NCBI RefSeq assembly: GCF_001194135.2
Contig: NC_068983.1
Span: 417,015-480,861 of the forward strand
Origin: Octopus bimaculoides
Taxonomy: Eukaryota
Direction of reading: 5' to 3'
DNA length: 63,847 nt
Part shown: in pieces, positions 51,621 to 63,847 of the stretch
Numbering within the stretch: position 1 is the first letter of the stretch
Layout of the letters: each line of letters opens with the position of its first letter
The notes under the pieces: model-generated
Databases searched by the model: none
What the model saw: only the letters and a program-made list of their open reading frames with translations
What the model was told of the DNA's origin: nothing
Program-made: the position numbers and the translations under genes

Positions 51621-53149
51621 AGAATGATACTAATGTGGTACTAATACCAGAATGTCAAGTAGTTGTTTTTGCAAAAATCTCACCTACAAATATAACGAGA
51701 TTTGAGATGTAGTAAAACACTGGGATATCACGAAATTTTAAAATAAAACAAGACTGACAAATGGAGAGACTTTGAAGAATAATGAGATGGAGTGAAACTG
51801 CGAAAAATGGTGAGATTTTGAAATTCTGCGAAACGGATATATAGCGTGACATCGATAATGGCTCCAACTTTAAGAAGAGTACTTGTTTCTGAAAAAAAAA
51901 AAAAAAAGTTTAGTCCAAGCTCCCTCCACTCCGATAATACTTTTATACAGTTTACATTATAATTCGATCTCATTGAAATCCTTTAAATTAATCCCCCCCC
52001 CCCTATCAAAATACTTCTCAGGGGATGTCGCTATTGTTTGAAGATATCATTGGACTAAATTTAGCCTAGAATTTGCAACGTTTTTTTTTTCTTCGCTAGA
52101 TAATTACGTGTACGTTTGATGCTATCTTCACTGCAGTAAGAAACTTTGGAAATGGTAGCTACTGAAAAACGGAACCATACACACACCCTCACCTCCACCT
52201 CACTAACAAAAGAATAAATCTTCAGGGTAAGCTACCGAATTTTGCAGACATATAATGCCTGCTATTCGAATTCAGTAGAAGAGTCGATGAAGTTCAAAGA
52301 ACACACGCAATATTTGATATTCACCATTTGTGAATGATTGCTGACAACATTACACTCATTGTTGTTCTCGAGAGAATGGAATTTTCTTCTGTTTTTTTTC
52401 AGTCTCCTTTTCGCTTTGTATAAAACTTGATCATTGAATTTATAACCTCGTCGGCCACTTAGTTCAGAAGATTAAAATATAGAACAAAGAGCTATGGAAT
52501 ATATGGGGGTTGGGGGATGAGGGAGAGGAATCTAAATTTCAAAATAATATTGAAATATTTTGCCTATTATACGAGAAGTTAATAGCGATCGTTTACCGTA
52601 TTTTACTGGTCTTCATTTCAGAGAAATTTGCCGAGCCATCGCAAAATAATGCATAAATTACCATACCATAGCATAATTTCTAAATATTATGCTTTATATT
52701 GATACAATAACTCATTTATAGGTTAGAGAAAATGGATGATGTGACGTTCATATCGTTTGTTTTTATTCGCATTATCGGTGTCAGGACTTCAATGAAGAGT
52801 TATAAATGGGTTTTGGATTGTTTAATGCTCAGCCCACAATCATTTAAATATAATTTTAGAATAATCCACACACATGATGTGCGTGTAACAACAAGACGTA
52901 GATTTCCTCGCTGTTGTCACTCAAACCTTTCGTAGATCTCGTTGCGATTAAGATGAAGCAAAAGCACTTTAGAATATGGTTGTGATACTAGTTTAGAAGT
53001 AGTTAAATCTCTCTTTCCGAAAGACCACAATTATACGTAACACGCAAGTGCAAACTAGATTTATGATGCCACTCTTTTCTTACGTGATTTCCGATTCATT
53101 CTATTTTTTTCGCCGAAAATTTATTTAATTTTCATTAGAATACCAGAGA

Positions 53150-54600
53150 AATTTCACTGCCTGAAATGATCATACGGTATATATTAAGTGACAGAATTCA
53201 GTTACATGTTAGATGTGACGTCAGTAATATTTTTTCAGCATTTGAAGTATGGCCAAAAGCCATGGATTCCATCTGGTCCGGGGGCTTTATAATTAAGCAT
53301 TTTACCCACTTGGGTTTTCACGTCAACCGTGCTTATGGCAATATTCTTTTATTTCTTTCCTCTTTGTAATTCTATCTTGATAGTTCCTATCCACATTGCA
53401 TCCCTTTTATACACCACATTGTTTCCCTATAATCCGCTCCAGAACTCCTTGACTTGATTTGCACCAGGAGCAACATTTTACTCATTGTCTCCTTCTAACG
53501 TTCGGAAGAATTGCTTCGGGTTATTTTTGAACAATCTGTTCTCCTCGAAATGCTTCTTTCTCTTCACAAATCTTCTGATCTTCTGGGTTTTTGCCATGAT
53601 CCAATGTTTTAACTACTCTATTACTGCATAAAACACGTCCTTCCGTATTTTATATTTCTTCTCTAATTTTTCTCGGTCGGTCTTTTCCCCATGCTTTCCA
53701 GTTTCCTCAATTTTTCCTAGATCTTGCCTTTCCCTTTCAATGCATCGTTTGCTCCATGGTTCTTTTGCTCCACCATTTTTTGTTCTCTTAACTTGTAATT
53801 TCTCCTCAACAAGTAGCGCAATAGCTCGGAGAAGATTCCTTGTTTATGTTATGTCCTCCGTCTGGATGTACGGTATGGCAGTATCCTTTGTATTACTTTA
53901 TTTATCATACTCCCATCTACCCTTCCCATATTCAGGGGGATTTTTTCTTCCGGAGCATTCATCAACTCGGTGAGTCGTCTTTGAATTTCAAACAATTCCT
54001 TATCCAGTCGGTTCCTTTCCCCTGCATGTCCACCCACCACAGTATCAGGGTTCACTGTATAACATTCCTGTTCCTCATCCTTAACAGCCCCATCACTATT
54101 CCCCTCTTCCTTCTGCCTACTCTTCTCCCTGCTTTCAACTCCGACCATCGTTTGAGGGTCTCTCAGACTCTCACTAATCCGAGATATTTCTACCACAGTT
54201 AAGTAACCCTTCCTCCTAATAACTCTCACTTGTTTCATTAGTTTGTTTTCTGACATTGGTCACGTGTCCTTTTCCATCCAAAATTTCAAGGTACGTCGGC
54301 CTTACACCGCGGCTTCTTTCCAACTTCGCTCTTTCATGACATTCAATAAGTGTATCGAATTCTTCCTTCGTTCACTTATGTCTGGTTTTGCACACACTGT
54401 GTATGCGATCTGTAGTGGCATAACGACCGTTCGAGGCCAGATCACTGTCCCTGACGCAGGCAGTTTCGGACGTGCCGGGCGGGAAACCTCCACCGTGATC
54501 GGCCATAGCTCCATTCTCTCCTTTAATTCTTTCCTTGTTGCGTTGCATCAGGATTTCATGAGTCGTTCGTGGGGTTCCCACGAGAGTTGTTATTGAGATC
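53150..54600 (-). mobile_element. R4/Dong-type retrotransposon, N-terminal part of ORF, degraded
   Basis: ENKLMKQVRVIRRKGYLTVVEISRI...; end KPPDQMESMAFGH (WKAPGPDGI.GFW-like). Confidence 0.7.
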
Positions 54601-54719
54601 CCATCTCTCTCTTCTTCTCTTTATTTGTATATACACGTGCACATGTGTGTACATACGCACACATGTATGAATAACGTGCTTGCGTTGAGTCGCCTCCATA
54701 ACCACAGTGATTACCCTTA

Positions 54720-56085
54720 TCCCAATCGTTCTTCCTATAACATCTGAAGATATCAACAATAATATGGGTCCCGGTATATTGCAGTAGATCTTCTCGTGCT
54801 CTATCACCAATCGTTTCAATGCCCTGACAACTGGGAAATGTTCAAATCAAGCGTCAACCAGTCTGCATGTGATGTCCTGGTAAACTTAAGTCCTCTACTC
54901 AAGAGTCCCCGAATTCCATAGCCGATGCTGGAGACAATCAACTGCTGCTGCAAGGCTGACCTACACATGAAGACATGAATGAGAACCGCCAGCTCAACCG
55001 GATACGCAATGACTCCATCGCAGACGATTGGAAGAAGTTCTGGGGGCAGCAGCAAGGAACAGCAACATCAGCCAGGTATTCAATATGCTTCGCAGACCCT
55101 ATACCAGTCCCCAGTTCAAGACAGCCCTGGTGAGGGATACCAGTGGCAGCGTCATGATCACAGAAACCACCTGCCTCGAATGCTTCAGCTTTCTTCTCCA
55201 TCACCCACCTATCCCAGCCGATCCCAGCCAAACCATCACTGCAGACACACCCACAACCAACGACGCTTGTAGATTCGATCCTGTCACCCCTGATTAAGTC
55301 AATACTATCCCGAAGAAGCTCAACAGCTTCAAAGTCCCTGAGATTTGCACTATCACCATGGATATGTTGAAGGCGGGTGGAGAAAACATGATCCAGTGGC
55401 TCACTCACATCATCAAACATGTATGAGTGTCAGAGTGACCCCCAACTGATTGAACCCAGGGCATCATCCTCTCCTTCTGAAAATGGATGGACGACAAACT
55501 CCTTGGCAGCAACCACAGGGGCATTACCCTCCTCTCATCCCGGGCAAACTCTTTACTAGGATCCTCCTCAACCGTGCTCTTCCTGCTATTAGAAACGGAT
55601 GTCACCTACAGCAAGCCAGATTCATGTCAAATCAATCTACAGCCGACCATACTTTTGCCCTTCGTCTCATTTCGGGAGTTCCGCAAAGATCTCCACCTTT
55701 ACTCTGCCTCCAGGGTAGCTTTCGACATTGTCGACAATGCATCCCTCTGGAAAATTCTCAAACTCGTAGGTGCGCCTCCCAAAATCTCCACCCTGTTCCA
55801 ACGGCTCTATAGCAGTGCCGAGAGCTTCATACGGGTGAATAGGAAGGGTTTTAACTGATTCCCCTTTCAACAACGAGGTTAGATAGGACTGCGTGGCCGT
55901 TCCCGATCCCTTCAGCTGTGTCATGGATTATCTGTTGAGCAAGATCTGTGAGCGATTCTGTAGCATTATTTTCAGGAACTGCCACCCCACCGACCTTGAG
56001 TATGCGGACGATACCACCCCATTCAGCAATCAACCAGCTCAGCGATGCACTGACGATGTACAGAGAAGAATCAACAGGTATCTTT
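54720..56085 (+). mobile_element. RTE-clade LINE RT fragment, frameshifted
   Basis: NHRGITLLS/IPGKLFTRILLNR, QQARFMSNQSTADHTF, AFDIVDNASLWKIL, GVR*DCVAVPDPF, DLEYADD. Confidence 0.85.
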
Positions 56086-56094
56086 TGTCTTCTT

Positions 56095-56490
56095 TTACTT
56101 TTTTCAGTGATTAAACTGCGGCCATGCTGGGGCACCGCCTTCGAGAATTTTTTTAGTTGAATGAATTGATCCCAGGACTTATTTTATAAAGCCTAGTACT
56201 TATTCCATTGGCATTTTTTGCCGAATCGCCAAGATACAGGGACGTAAATATACCAACACCGGTTGTCAAGCGGTGGTTGTGGTGGTGGTGATGGTGGTGG
56301 AGCAAATATAGACACTAAGACACACATACATATACATATACTGACAGGCTTCTTTCAGTTTCCGTCTACCAAATTCATTCGCAAGGCTTTGGTCGGCCCG
56401 AGGCTATAGTAGAAGACACTTGCCCGAGGTGTCACGCAGTGGGACTGAACCCGGAACCATGTGGTTGGGAAGCAAGCTTATTACCACATA
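56095..56490 (-). mobile_element. cephalopod-type SINE, full length
   Basis: Best-preserved copy of the family; minus head gtggtaataagcttgcttcccaaccacatggttccgggttcagtcccactgcgtg. Confidence 0.9.
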
Positions 56491-56492
56491 CA

Positions 56493-56665
56493 GTGTTGGT
56501 GCGTTACATCCCTGTAACTTAGCAGTTCGACGTAAGGCGCCGACAGAATAAATATCAGGCTTAACAAAAAGTACTAGTGTCGATTCATCCGACTAAAATT
56601 CTTCAAGGTAGTGCCCCAGAATGGCTGCAGTCTAATGAATGAAACAAGTAAAAGAATAAAAAATA
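56493..56665 (+). mobile_element. 3' half of a SINE of the same family in opposite orientation
   Basis: cctgtaacttagcagttcg...cagaatggctgcagtctaatgaatgaaacaagtaaaag. Confidence 0.72.
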
Positions 56666-57579
56666 GATAAAAGATATAACACCAAATTGTGAATAATTTA
56701 AAACAGTTAATTATTGATTGTCTCACCACAACTTCAGTAATTACGGGCAAGCCCGTTTTGAGCTGAAGAGGTTTAATAAAGCAGAAACAAATGCATAGTT
56801 GTTTTCTGTACTTACCAAGATCAATGAAATGATATTAGTTGATGTTGTTTTTTTACCTCACCGCATTATTGAATCTAATTACAATTATATTAATCATTAC
56901 ATGAAATATGATAATACTAATTTACACGGCAATTTGACTAAAAACCCCTTTAAGTTTACGCAGGGAGAACATACAGTTTAGTAGCTGTTTCGATAAGGGG
57001 CCGACTTTTGTCTCTCACTCTGTCGATCTAGCGATAAGATACAAGGCTGCACAAAGGCAGCTTCTTATACAACAACAACAACAGCAACAGTAGTAGTAGT
57101 AGTAGTAGTAGCCTTTTGTCGTCGTTTATGAAAGCCTTCTTAAACAACAAGACAACACCATTACTAATGATTGTGCAACATTAACAAAAGAAAGAGAACC
57201 GGTAGAGATATTAAAATCGTGGATAGTTGACTGTATGAAGGTGTCATTAACCGCTGATAATTTGGCCTGTTTTCGGTAGCAGTCGGTCTCCGTTCTACGA
57301 TTGCTTGTTATACCATCAGCCTTAGTCTCTTCCTCCCTTTCTCCCGTCATGGAGGCAGAAAATAGGGCGAGCTTTGTCATTCCTAGCAACAAGACTTTTG
57401 CTACCGTGTGCTTGAGTAGTAGGAACAGCTGTTGTTACTGCTGCTGCTGCTGTTGTAGTAGATGCAATAACGTAAAGCAATCCAGTTGTTTCATAGCAAG
57501 CCCAATGTAGAAAGCGAGTAAAGTATGAGTTTTTAGCAACAAAGGCCTTTCATGTGTCGATGTGTCTTAAACATGCATG

Positions 57580-58572
<993 letters not shown>

Positions 58573-60896
58573 TTACCTTTCAACCCCCTTATCTTTCTGT
58601 ATATGTCGCTCTCGCTCTCTCTCTTCATCCTCCTCTCTCTCCATTCTCCTCTCTCTTCATCCTTCTCTCTCTCTCTCTTCTTCCCCAACTCCTGCTATGT
58701 TTCTGTTGCTAGTTTTATGGCAACAGAATATAAAAGAGTAGCTGAAATGAAGCCGTACTCTAGCTGCCGCGCTCTGTTGCACGGGGGAGTTATTATCTTC
58801 CCTATTGTACTCATATTCCCTATTATACTCATCGTATGGAGGATAGTAATACTATTTTTGTGTATTGTACTTTATTGTACGGAGGGGTAATAATATTTTG
58901 TCTGCTGTACTCTGTTTTACTCTGTTGTACAACACAAAAATAAACTCACCCACACTGATATGACACAGCACCAAGCAACCCCCCCCCCCACTTATAATGC
59001 GTTAGCCAAATTCACTTCACAGAATGTAGGAACTCGTTAAAACACCTCATAAAACAGAGGCGGACATGTGCTTGTCTCACTTGACCAACAACTCACCGTT
59101 ACTGGAATGGATAAACCCCTAATTAACATTAAATTATAAATTAATGGATTGCAGAACTTAACTCCAAATTTCCAATGGAATTTAGAAATTCCATTCTGGC
59201 TGAAAAAAAAAGCACACGAAAACTCACCATTCTACCATCAGTTTGTTCTGAGAATGGAGTTGAGTTAACTCCCAAATGTTAATGTTCCAAATGGAACATA
59301 AAGGAGTAATAAAGAGATATATCCGGATCTGACCGTTTTCGACTCGTACCTGTTCTGTGTTATGAAGAGTATTTAGGGGCCAAGGATTTCATGATACACA
59401 CGAAGCAAAGATGACTTGTAAAGAAACGAATACGATAGAACAAAGGTAAATTTTTGCAGAATCGACTCAAGACTTATGTCGAGTGATGGCACAAATGCAT
59501 CGCTTTAAATGCAGACCACATTGAGTCGAACTTAGTGCAATCTGAACGATTTATGACGGTTAATAAAACAGTTTAGAACACTTTTGGCTATAGCTCTCGT
59601 TTATTTAAACAAACTCCATTTTTATCGTACGTGGGGGAAGTAAGATTTTCCCCTGGGGACCAGTGGTATTTATTTGAGAATCACTACTGCAGCACCTGCG
59701 TCGTATCCGCAGACTGATTGGTCATGGCCGGACACATCATGCCTCGTTTTCTTCTCCCATGTCATCTTCTTGGTAATCACTAACAACGACGGACGAACTT
59801 ATAGTATTCTTCGAAATACAACTAGTAACCTGTATTCCACATCACACATTACAAATCCAAACGTGCTCCTTTTAAATTCCTACCTTCTACTTCTCTATAT
59901 ATATGCACAGACCCTTACATTCCCATAACCCACTGCTTTATACAGGGATCACTTTACCAGAATGTCTGTTACACGTTTTATTTCCAATATTTTGAAAATA
60001 TGTTATATTTTTAAAAATTATATTTACATTTTATTTTTATATTTCTATGATATATATTAAATTCATATTTATATTTACATATTCTACGTTGTTTTTCATT
60101 ATATTTTATGCTTCCATTTATTTCTTTATGTTTTTAAATTTCAATTTTTTATAGCTTTTCATAATTTTCTTTTCTATATTGATTTTTAAAATATCGATTC
60201 ATTTATTTATTTTAATGATTACGTTTTTGTCTATTCATTTCTTTTTCTATAGATATCGATTTTTTCTTCGCAATTGATCCCTTTGTTTATATATTTTTAT
60301 AATTACACATTCAAATGCATTCACGATCATCTTTTACTAATTTTGTAAAATGTTGCAATTTAGTGAAAACTTCAACACATTATCAGCCACATCGTAAATA
60401 AAGACTCGGAATTATGTATTTATTGCATAATTTACATATATGTCTTATACTTGCATACAGATAGACACACACACACACACACACACACACATAAATAATA
60501 TACAGATAAAACTTACTTGGAAAAGGATGCATGGCGTTCGATCAGGTAATAATATAAATAATATATGAATATATGCATATGTACATACCTACATATATAT
60601 GTATATATACATGCGTATATGGGTACAGGACATAAAAAAAAACGTTAAACACAATGAGAAACGAAAACATAGAAAGCGAACATGTTTATCAAACAACGAA
60701 AAAACAAAGCAAACAGAGAAACGAAACATGCAACATAAAGCGTATACCCCTTCGTCAGTTGTCCCTGTTTCATCTACTCCGTATTTCGAAGGCAAGGACA
60801 ATAGTGACTTCATTGAAACAGTCCTTTCCGCAAAGCAAATTAAATAAAATTTGAGATTTTTTTGCGGAGGGTGAAAGTGTTAACAAGAATACAACA

Positions 60897-60955
60897 GTGA
60901 GAACAAGATAGTAAAAACAAACGGTGAGAACAAGACAGTAAAAACAAACGGTGAG
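60897..60955. repeat. 27-bp tandem duplication
   Basis: gtgagaacaaga(t/c)agtaaaaacaaacg twice, plus gtgag. Confidence 0.92.
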
Positions 60956-61359
60956 GGCTGTTGAGCCAAGACGATGGAAAAATTATTATGAACGCTAGGT
61001 AAATGAGCCATGAGAGAAGACAGGAAAAGGCACGTCTTATCTTTAGGAAGGAAGTGGACAGAAAGAGAGATCTCCTTTTGTCACTTGTTAGCGACGTGAG
61101 AGTCAAGGAGGAAGAGTGAGTGAGAGAGAGAGAGGGAACGGTGAAAGGAAGAGAAGAATAGGGAAAGGGTGGGAGAGAAAAACAGAAAGAAGGAAGAACA
61201 AGAGACGGAGAGAGATAGACAGAGAAGAGATAGTAGAAGAGTGCGCATCGTAATTATTAAGATAAAACTATCTTGGAAAATGATGTGTGTGGCGTTCGAT
61301 CATATAATNNNNNNNNNNNNNNNNNNTATATATATATATATATGTATAGTTTGTAATGA

Positions 61360-61725
61360 TAACATGTGAAACGTGTCAATACATACATACGGGTAGATCC
61401 ATTAGAACAAAAAAAATGGACAGATTTTCGCAAATGCAGAAACTTGATCTACTGCATTTAATGCCCGAATTGCAAGGAACTATATATAGGCGAGACAGAG
61501 AATGCATTATTGGAACGTTCACGAGTCCACAGACAACAAATCCGGAACGCGAATGCTCTACAAATTCCATTGAGTGAACGTATAGAGACATGTGATCAGA
61601 AAATATTTCTAATTTTTCCTTTCCACAAACTACATGACACAAGTGAGGCTGGAAGAAAGATAAAAGAAAAACGGTTTATTAAAATGTTCAAATCTGATCT
61701 GAACGGAAATAGCAACAATAATATA
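61360..61725 (+). mobile_element. Penelope-like GIY-YIG endonuclease fragment
   Basis: NLIYCI*CPNCKELYIGETENALLERSRVHRQQIRN...IPLSERIETC...RKIKEKRFIKMFKSDLN. Confidence 0.85.
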
Positions 61726-62108
61726 ACAACTAGTTAATGATGTGGATTAAAAAAAAACATCTTTAACATATGAATATAAACAAATTACAGAATATCGGTA
61801 CGCCTGGCAAACTGAGACGTTTAAGCTGCATACGGATTGGTCAGAACCGTATTCCATAAATCCAGCTTATTGGAGCGTTCTAAGAGGTACTACAGTTGTC
61901 AAGAACTCAACTGTCAGTTAAAAACATTTGAAATCTGATGATTGCTACCAAACGTTTGAAAGTGCGAATTGAACTTTATAAATATTACAAAATATTTTTT
62001 TAATGTCAAAATACTATAATAAAAAAACCTGAAAACCAGACCATGTTTTAACTTTATTCAACTGATGTATATATATTTATATACAGATTCACACTAATTC
62101 GGAAGAAA

Positions 62109-62154
<46 letters not shown>

Positions 62155-62609
62155 NNNNNNNNNNNNNNNNNNNNNNNNNNNNNNNNNNNNNNNNNNNNNN
62201 NNNNNNNNNNNNNNNNNNNNNNNNNNNNNNNNNNNNNNNNNNNNNNNNNNNNNNNNNNNNNNNNNNNNNNNNNNNNNNNNNNNNNNNNNNNNNNNNNNNN
62301 NNNNNNNNNNNNNNNNNNNNNNNNNNNNNNNNNNNNNNNNNNNNNNNNNNNNNNNNNNNNNNNNNNNNNNNNNNNNNNNNNNNNNNNNNNNNNNNNNNNN
62401 NNNNNNNNNNNNNNNNNNNNNNNNNNNNNNNNNNNNNNNNNNNNNNNNNNNNNNNNNNNNNNNNNNNNNNNNNNNNNNNNNNNNNNNNNNNNNNNNNNNN
62501 NNNNNNNNNNNNNNNNNNNNNNNNNNNNNNNNNNNNNNNNNNNNNNNNNNNNNNNNNNNNNNNNNNNNNNNNNNNNNNNNNNNNNNNNNNNNNNNNNNNN
62601 NNNNNNNNN

Positions 62610-62645
62610 CTGTTGAAGAGCGTAGCTCGAAACGTCAAAGACTTT
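62610..62645 (+). ncRNA. hammerhead motif (family B) with mutated core
   Basis: CTGTTGA-a-gagc-gta-gctc-GAAAC-GTC-aaagac; CUGUUGA replaces CUGAUGA; 5' stem I lost in the N gap. Confidence 0.55.
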
Positions 62646-62729
62646 CCGTATTCCCGAGCGTCATACTAATATATATTTTTGTTATTTACACCACCTGTCC
62701 TCGTCTGTTGTTATTATTTGTATATTCTC

Positions 62730-62782
<53 letters not shown>

Positions 62783-63212
62783 AAGTTTGACGAACACGAA
62801 CAACTCGAAACTTAGAAGTTACCGTCAGTTTCTCCCCTAAAATGTTTGATAAGCATTCACTGTATTCAGTAATCATTGAGTTTTATGTTAAATTGTCTTT
62901 ATATGCATTCTGACAAAATCAAGCACACACACTCACATACACACACAGAGATGCACACACATACATAAAACACACATAATATATACATAATGTATGTATA
63001 TATGTATATATCTGTACGTGTGTGTGTGTGTGTGTGTTATTTTTTGTCTATTATAATATAATTTTTCGCTATCAACTCTGTTTTATAATCTCAGTTTTTT
63101 TTTTGTATTAGGACTAATTAGATCTTCGATATCTTTATCCATATAACATAGTTGTTGTCACGATTCTTTCCGCTATGTTCGCCTGTAAATTGTATGTCTA
63201 TTGTCGTGAGAA

Positions 63213-63428
63213 CTATTTAAAAGAACCTTGAGCGCTTGTTTCATAATCATTTTCCATTCCACCTTCTCCTACGCCTTTGATCACATCATCCACACACATT
63301 ATGTCATTATCAGATTTTTGACGACTCATTCTAAATGCTATCAACATCATCCTACTTTTCCTAGCTCTGCTTCTTGCTTCATTTAACTTCCAATTTATAT
63401 CGCTAAAACCATGATTATGGAGGCACAC
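63213..63428 (-). mobile_element. old R4/Dong-like post-RT fragment
   Basis: INWKLNE...RKSRMMLIAF...KSDNDIMC...GG resembles the W..EL..DRKTRK..HPKSD.DRLY..GGRG segment. Confidence 0.42.
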
Positions 63429-63517
63429 TACATATATCCATATTCATTTCATCTTCTTACCTTATGTTGTTGTTGTCGTCATCCTCATCATGATCGTCGT
63501 CGTTGTTATTGTTGTTG

Positions 63518-63569
<52 letters not shown>

Positions 63570-63573
<4 letters not shown>

Positions 63574-63847
63574 TAGTTTTATTTTTATAACGTGCTTTCA
63601 CTTCACTACCGAGCGCAGCTCTGTGCGCCTTGGGTATGTGCTGTGGTTTGCTGTGGTGCTCTTATGTTTACTGTATTGAAAGTGTTTTGCGTAGAATGTG
63701 TGCAGTACCCAGTAGTGCAATTTTCTGTATGTTATATATATTTGTAAGTCCTGGTGTTTTTGTTATGTATTTGTCTGAATATTTTTTTATTATACCTAAG
63801 GCACCTACTATGATAGGAATTGTTTCTGTTTTTAGATTCCACATTCG
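63570..63847 (-). mobile_element. young R4/Dong-type retrotransposon 3' end with (AAT)n tail
   Basis: Open frame 63668-63847 RMWNLKTETIPIIVGALGIIKK...IQKIALLGTAHILRKTLSIQ*, about 100-nt 3' UTR, then the (ATT)n tract 63520-63569. Confidence 0.93.

Noticed and set aside
52930-53040. Single LRR-like peptide LLHLNRNEI on the minus strand
   Set aside because: Too short to distinguish from chance in AT-rich DNA
57126-57510. Overlapping ORFs in a moderately GC-rich segment
   Set aside because: No family similarity that I can recognise; flanked by trinucleotide repeats

Overview
AT-rich, repeat-saturated eukaryotic draft-assembly DNA with nine N gaps and many di/tri/tetranucleotide microsatellites. 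The SINE families and overall composition suggest an octopod cephalopod such as Octopus (inference, not a database result). I could not identify any intact host protein-coding gene. Nearly all listed ORFs are microsatellite artefacts or transposon debris. Recognisable content: a deleted mariner element and a mariner-derived foldback MITE; several R4/Dong-type RLE retrotransposon fragments, several beside (TAA)n-type tracts; Tx1/L1, RTE and CR1/L2-like LINE fragments; Penelope-like GIY-YIG fragments; and tRNA-derived SINEs. Two things stand out. First, there are at least five minimal hammerhead-ribozyme motifs from three sequence families, plus a variant-core look-alike in RLE-LINE 3' UTRs. Second, what looks like an array of heavily decayed leucine-rich-repeat (Toll-like-receptor-like) pseudogene fragments lies almost entirely on the minus strand. 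I read these by hand across frameshifts and stops, so they need HMM confirmation. Three long foldback structures are also present. Many boundaries are approximate, to within tens of bp.
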